Below, piece by piece: positions 59,271 through 64,000 of a DNA stretch of 64,000 nucleotides. The notes under the pieces are model-generated. The model was given only the letters and a program-made list of their open reading frames with translations, was not told the DNA's origin and ran no database searches. The first letter of the stretch is position 1. Each line of letters opens with the position of its first letter. Made by a program: the position numbers and the translations under genes. The DNA is from an uncultured cyanobacterium (GTDB lineage Bacteria; Cyanobacteriota; Cyanobacteriia; PCC-9006; JAAUQQ01): positions 1,419,287-1,483,286 of the forward strand of contig OY970368.1 of NCBI GenBank assembly GCA_963718615.1, in the 5' to 3' direction.

Positions 59271-60797
59271 TTGGACTACCGAAAAAAGCAGTGAAGCCAA
59301 TAGATCTAACCTTAGAAGTTGGTTCAAACCTATAAAAGATAATTCGCAAAACATAGGAAGTCTGATAGAAGCAATTTCGACAAAAAGAGAATATGGGGCT
59401 GGATTTACACTAGCAATTAGTGCATTACTAAGCAATCTTGTGCTTAGTAATGCACTTCAGAAGAAATTGATCTGCATTGATGATCTTGAAAGAAGACCAG
59501 GGAAATTTTCCCTGGATGAACTATTAGGGTTTATCGAAAATTTAGCGGAAGAGAAGGAATGCAAAGTCATACTCATTTATAATGAAAGCAAAATAGTCGA
59601 AGATCCTCAGGCGAGTAATACTTTAAAGGAATATAGAGAAAAGGTAATCGACTACGAAATAAAATTAGATCCTGACTCGGTTGAGAACTTTCATATTGGT
59701 TTCGGAAATACTGATCCCGATGAAGATATAGTTTTGAATTATCTCAGCAAAGAAAATATTCAAGTTAATAATATTAGGGTTTTCAAAAAGCTGAAATGGA
59801 ACCTGGACAAGTTCAGGCCCCATATTGCTGATTTTTCGCCCAGGGTTCGAGAGCGAATAATCAACGAAATAATTTTTATATCTTTATCAAAGCTAGACAA
59901 TAATTTTCCTGTCAATCTAGACGAACTAGTGTCACTAGGGGACTTCTCAAAACTCTTATCTGAAAGAGAAGAGGAAGGGCGAGATATTTATCTTTTGGCT
60001 ATCAATCTCGGCTACACAAATTCAGAAATCAGCAGTGAAATAATTTGTTTGGTTGAAACATCTTTTTGTGATTATCAAAGATTCTGTGGAGAGGGCAAAA
60101 GACTAAACGACAGAGAAATCCAACATGAGATTAGAGAAAAACTTCATGAGGCTTATAGGCCATACTTAGAGTCTTTTGAATCTGTTGAAGATGACCTTCA
60201 AAAGAATTTAACAGAATTTCTCGATAAATACTGTAAGTATCTGGATTTTCAAGAACTTCAAGGACTTAAAAGTATTTCAGAGGCAATCGACATAAACATT
60301 AACAGCTATGTCGATACATGGATTAAACATCAAATTAATTGCTCTGATAAACTTGATGACTTATACAGATTGAAAGAAACTCTTCAGGATAATCATGCTT
60401 ATGATAATAAAGAATTAATTACTGAACTTGAAAGTAAGATTTCTGATTTTGAAAAGGATATAAGTATTGATGCAATACTTGTTCGAACTCTAACCGAGAA
60501 AAGGTGGTCCAGAAAAGACGTTAGCTTTTTGGATGCACGTACCCCAACACAGTGGGAACAATGGCTGTTGGAACGGCATCCTGATAAAGGCTTTATGGTT
60601 AGACAAGGGCTTAGCATGGAAGAGGAATTTTCTGAAACCTTAAGGGAAGTCATCATTGAGCTAGCGAAGAAAAGTAAGTTAAATGCCATGAGAGCAGAAA
60701 AGATTTGTAGAATAGACCTCTTGCATAAATCATGAAACTTAACGGATTCAATAGGGTTGCAGCCTTCAAGAGGGTATTCGTGCAAGAGGTCTAATCA

Positions 60798-60835
60798 GTT
60801 CTCCAACCAATAAGTTCTCTAAAAGTTCTCCAATG
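60798..60835. repeat. right copy of the islet-flanking direct repeat (gttctccaa cc ATAAGTTCTCT aaaa GTTCTCCAATG)
   Basis: read directly; see left copy. Confidence 0.6.
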
Positions 60836-60866
60836 TGTTGATTTGGTTCTGCCAGTACACTAGGGC

Positions 60867-62822
60867 CTAGGTCGTACTCTTATAGGCTTCAAAGCGGCTG
60901 CGCAATTCTGCCACCGTCAGGTCCTGGGACCAATACTCCACCAGTCCATGACCAAAGGCCCAGGCATCTCGCGTCACGGTCGTGGAGGTATCCTCTATGG
61001 AAACTGCGTCTTCTAATAAGAGGGGCCAAAGTCTGAGTAAGTCAAATCCGAGGGGACCCGCTTCTGGCTTTAGGAGCGCGAATAAATCGTAGGCCATTTG
61101 TAGTTTACCGACGACGATGGGTACTTTTTCTACCGGTATCTGTTGCAATAACACCTGGGCTAAAGCCGGGGAGCCCGTAGTCAAGGTTGAAAGAAACTGT
61201 AGCACCGGGCTCTTGAGGAGGGCGGTGAGCCCCTGGGTGGTTGCCATTTGGAAGACGTACTGATCAATGATCTTGGCGGTGGCCACCGTTCGGGCTTCTT
61301 GGTTGCGCAAAAATCGCGCCAGCCGTAGTTGCTTTGCGGGGTCAATGGTTTCCAGGAGAACCAGGGCTAATGTCTCCGCATTCCAGGCGGCTCGGTCGCT
61401 TGCGCGATCGCCCGTCACCACGGGCAACACCTGTTCAGACAGCGCCCCAAACTGTTCGATGCGATATTGCGTTGCCTCGCGAATGGCGCGTTCCTTGGGG
61501 CGATCGCCCCCCAGCCAATCGTAGGGCGGTTCCCACTCTCGCACGGGCCGCAAGCGATCCACCTGGGTCAGAATCACTAACACCGGCAAATCCGCCATGG
61601 AGTCCCGCAGGGTCTGCAAAAAATCGACATCCATCTGCAACGCCGGATCCAACGCCGGGGTGACCAACAGCAGCAAATCCGCTGTCTGGGCATAGTCTAA
61701 AACCAACTCCCGCAGATCGGCCCGCTGTACCTGTTCATACCCCGGTGTATCCCAAAGATTGAGTGTTTCAGCCTGAATCTGCCAGGAATAGTTTTGGATC
61801 TGGTCGGTGCTGGGCAAGACATCTACTACGGCCTGGTCCGTGGAGAACAGTGTATTAATCACACTGCTTTTGCCCGCTCCCGTGCGGCCCACGAGCAAAA
61901 TGTTTAGCGGTTGCTGAACCATCTGTTCGGTCGGCTCGGCTCGATCCAAAATAGCTCGTAAGGTCTCAGTTTTAGCCTGGGGCAAGGTTGCTGGCAGCGG
62001 CTCCGGCGCAACTGCCGAGCGGGGTAAACTGTCGCCGCTATAGAGAACGATCGCCTGCTGAGCCAAATTTCGTAATGCCGCCTCGCGCAAAAGCTGACTC
62101 AGGTTGAACAGCAACTGTTGGTTGGCACGAGTACCATAGTTCTGGCTGGCCGTGCGGGCGATCGCCGCTGCCGGGTTTACCACCCACTGGACCCAAGTCC
62201 AAGCCTTCCAGAGCTTGCGGGCCGAGGGTTCCAGCTTTCGATAGGTTTCATAGGCTTGGTAGGCTTGTCCCACGGTCACTTGGTTGAGCGCCGGGGCCAA
62301 TTTTTGCATCCACTGATCCATATCATCGGTGGTGCCGCGAATCAGCGCGTAGGCTTGGGGCACATAGATGTTGAGCAGCGGATATTTGACTTCTGGGTGG
62401 TAAATGTGGGCAATTTCCACCACCACGCTGCGGCAGCGCTGCCAAAACGTCGGCCAGTCTTCCCAGAGGGGGCGATCGCCCTGGGTCATTTGCAAAATCC
62501 TTTGGAGTGCCGCTTCCGCCTGCTGGACCTGATTCCGTTGAGCTGGGCTGCCTTCCACAGTTGCATTAGCAAAGGCTTCAGCGGTGGCCTCCAGTTCTTC
62601 GGTGACCGCCTCCAACGTCGACTCGATTTGGGCAAATCCCGACCGCGTCCAGCGCACCAGCAGCCAGCGCCAGCCCACCAACACCAGGGTAAACAGCGCC
62701 CAGATCCAGGTTAGTCCCCAAGCTTGAATCTGGGAGCCTGCCGCGATCAAAATGAAGAGGGCGATCGCCCCGATCGGAGCCACTAAAACCGCCCACTGCC
62801 AAGCTTTGAGCCGAATTCCCAT
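60867..62822 (-). CDS. membrane-anchored GTPase (N-terminal TM helices, coiled region, P-loop GTPase, DUF697-like C-terminus)
   Basis: G1 GRTGAGKSS, G3 DTPG, G4-like TQVD; two or three N-terminal hydrophobic helices. Confidence 0.65.
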   Translation of the reverse strand: MGIRLKAWQWAVLVAPIGAIALFILIAAGSQIQAWGLTWIWALFTLVLVGWRWLLVRWTRSGFAQIESTLEAVTEELEATAEAFANATVEGSPAQRNQVQQAEAALQRILQMTQGDRPLWEDWPTFWQRCRSVVVEIAHIYHPEVKYPLLNIYVPQAYALIRGTTDDMDQWMQKLAPALNQVTVGQAYQAYETYRKLEPSARKLWKAWTWVQWVVNPAAAIARTASQNYGTRANQQLLFNLSQLLREAALRNLAQQAIVLYSGDSLPRSAVAPEPLPATLPQAKTETLRAILDRAEPTEQMVQQPLNILLVGRTGAGKSSVINTLFSTDQAVVDVLPSTDQIQNYSWQIQAETLNLWDTPGYEQVQRADLRELVLDYAQTADLLLLVTPALDPALQMDVDFLQTLRDSMADLPVLVILTQVDRLRPVREWEPPYDWLGGDRPKERAIREATQYRIEQFGALSEQVLPVVTGDRASDRAAWNAETLALVLLETIDPAKQLRLARFLRNQEARTVATAKIIDQYVFQMATTQGLTALLKSPVLQFLSTLTTGSPALAQVLLQQIPVEKVPIVVGKLQMAYDLFALLKPEAGPLGFDLLRLWPLLLEDAVSIEDTSTTVTRDAWAFGHGLVEYWSQDLTVAELRSRFEAYKSTT

Positions 62823-62864
62823 AGTCTCATCCCCGCTGCTAGCGTTTTCTCTCTCCCTCCCCGA

Positions 62865-63944
62865 TTAAAGCGTGACGAGGGGCCGCTGGCGAGAACCGCT
62901 CCAAACACAGAAGGCTGCGATCGCCAAGGCCAAACATCCCCCAATCACCGTCAGCGTCGGCGACAGGTTTCCCCCCAATTGCTTCAGCAACACGCCTGCC
63001 AAACCCACTCCCCCAAAGTACATCCCAACGCCGAGGGCGCTGCGATCGCTCGGTACTGCCCCCAGGGCAAAGGGAATCGTTCCATTTTGAATGAAGCTAA
63101 AGGCGATTCCGAGTAGCACGGTCACCCCTACCGCCGACCCCGGAATCTCGCCGTCCACGCCACTGAGTCCCAGGGCTGCTAATCCCAATGCCGCCGCCCC
63201 AGCCCCCACCGCCAGAGCCGGTCGAGCGCCCGTCTGTCCTGCTACCCAGCCTGCGGGTAAGACGCTGAGCAAATGGGTAATTGTAAAGATCGTGACTAAA
63301 CCTAGGGTCGTTTGGGCGGATTGGAGGGGCGATCGCATTAATCCCAACCCCACGGTTAAAGCGGCCCCGGCGGCAAAGACCCAGAGCAGATTTTGTTTGG
63401 GTAGCGCCCGAAGGGGCGTGAGCTGGGTGCTCTGTTCTACGAGGATTTGTTCATCGGGGGCGGACCAGCGCAGAACCAAGGCCGCGAGCAAGAGCACCGC
63501 CGAAGAAATACCAAAAGCCATGACCGGCCCCAAACTCAAAATCCAGTTGCGGGCAAACAGGCCCGTGCTGCCTGCGATCGCCCCAAACAAAATCACAATA
63601 CTGACCGCCTGAGCCAGCCCGGAGCCGACGGCATATTGGGCTAAGAGTCCGAGGATGGGGCTACGGAAGATCGTCATGGCGATCGCCCAAGCCACCAGGG
63701 CAATCGGCAACAGCAACCCCAGCCCTCCGACCACGCTGGCACTACCCCCGGCAAGCAAAGGAATCACCATGAAAATCAGGGCTGCGAGCCCAATGCCCAG
63801 GGCAATAAACGGAAAACGCGACCCCATCCACACCCTAGCCCGTTCTGAAAGGGCTCCCATGGTGGGTTCGAGGGGAATGGCGAGCAGCGCTTCGAGGGTC
63901 AGTACGCGGTTCGCGAAGTCATCGGGGTAGCCCGCTTGTTCCAA
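62865..63944 (-). CDS. polytopic membrane transporter (MFS-like); N-terminus may extend beyond the window edge
   Basis: 359-aa ORF with about 10 hydrophobic helices, Gly/Ala-rich; family assignment is tentative. Confidence 0.5.
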   Translation of the reverse strand: MEQAGYPDDFANRVLTLEALLAIPLEPTMGALSERARVWMGSRFPFIALGIGLAALIFMVIPLLAGGSASVVGGLGLLLPIALVAWAIAMTIFRSPILGLLAQYAVGSGLAQAVSIVILFGAIAGSTGLFARNWILSLGPVMAFGISSAVLLLAALVLRWSAPDEQILVEQSTQLTPLRALPKQNLLWVFAAGAALTVGLGLMRSPLQSAQTTLGLVTIFTITHLLSVLPAGWVAGQTGARPALAVGAGAAALGLAALGLSGVDGEIPGSAVGVTVLLGIAFSFIQNGTIPFALGAVPSDRSALGVGMYFGGVGLAGVLLKQLGGNLSPTLTVIGGCLALAIAAFCVWSGSRQRPLVTL

Positions 63945-64000
63945 AAGTTGGGGAATATAAAGGCCATAGGTGACCCAGGCGAGGGAGATAGAAGCCTGGA

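Larger units (their letters stand above)
58422..59280 (+). mobile_element. IS1-family insertion sequence (859 bp) with imperfect terminal inverted repeats (GGTAGTGCC ... / ... GGACTACC) and 8-bp target-site duplication GAAAAAAG
   Basis: insA-like and insB-like ORFs in 0/-1 frames. The two ends match as inverted repeats at about 17 of 24 positions. Identical gaaaaaag directly flanks both ends (58414-58421 and 59281-59288). Confidence 0.85.
58084..60735 (+). pseudogene. KAP-family P-loop NTPase gene disrupted by an IS insertion (N-fragment 58084-58421, C-fragment 59281-60735)
   Basis: Walker A GDWGIGKTHL in the N-fragment and Walker B LICIDDLERR in the C-fragment. Deleting the IS and one copy of the 8-bp duplication restores a continuous frame (... 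DKQEK SSEANRSNLRSW ...). Confidence 0.75.

Noticed and set aside
59239-59280. ORF-track start of the 498-aa protein at 59239 (MPLHSLQHPHNW ...)
   Set aside because: The first 14 codons lie inside the IS element's right end. The real host coding sequence resumes at 59281, after the terminal inverted repeat, as the continuation of the KAP NTPase.
1-64000. CRISPR arrays, tRNA, rRNA genes
   Set aside because: No regularly spaced direct-repeat arrays were found. A by-eye scan found no GTTCGA[AT]TCC T-loop-like motifs with cloverleaf context and no rRNA-like conserved stretches. A tRNAscan/Infernal run would be needed to be certain.

Overview
This 64-kb window is cyanobacterial chromosome. It is GC-rich and carries many copies of the HIP1 palindrome GCGATCGC, which is characteristic of cyanobacteria. 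Most of it is core housekeeping genes (bioB, ahcY, purF, purL, ctpA, ispG, rpsB-tsf, recG, an acyl-lipid desaturase, oligopeptidase B), with several accessory modules between them. The modules are described in the next paragraph. No tRNA, rRNA or CRISPR arrays were recognised.

Accessory modules, in order:
- A bacterial Roco protein (LRR, Roc GTPase, COR) sits just downstream of a short DUF4058-like ORF.
- A complete Tax/Pix-type chemosensory operon runs for about 13.7 kb: a PatA-type regulator, CheY, CheW, two paralogous GAF-containing MCPs, a 1500-aa CheA-CheY hybrid, and a CheW.
- Converging on that operon is a divergent PEP-carboxykinase-like ORF whose ATP-binding P-loop has been replaced.
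- A type-I-secretion-like cluster reads HlyD, hetP-like, hetC-like (peptidase-C39 ABC exporter), an acidic protein, and an RTX repeat protein.
- The high-affinity CO2-uptake operon ndhF3-ndhD3-cupA-cupS follows, with ndhF3 split by an apparent frameshift.
- After cupS lies a low-GC, HIP1-free islet of about 3 kb, flanked by imperfect direct repeats.
- The islet carries a KAP-family NTPase gene interrupted by an IS1-family insertion sequence. The IS has an 8-bp target duplication and an A6G -1 frameshift site between insA and insB.
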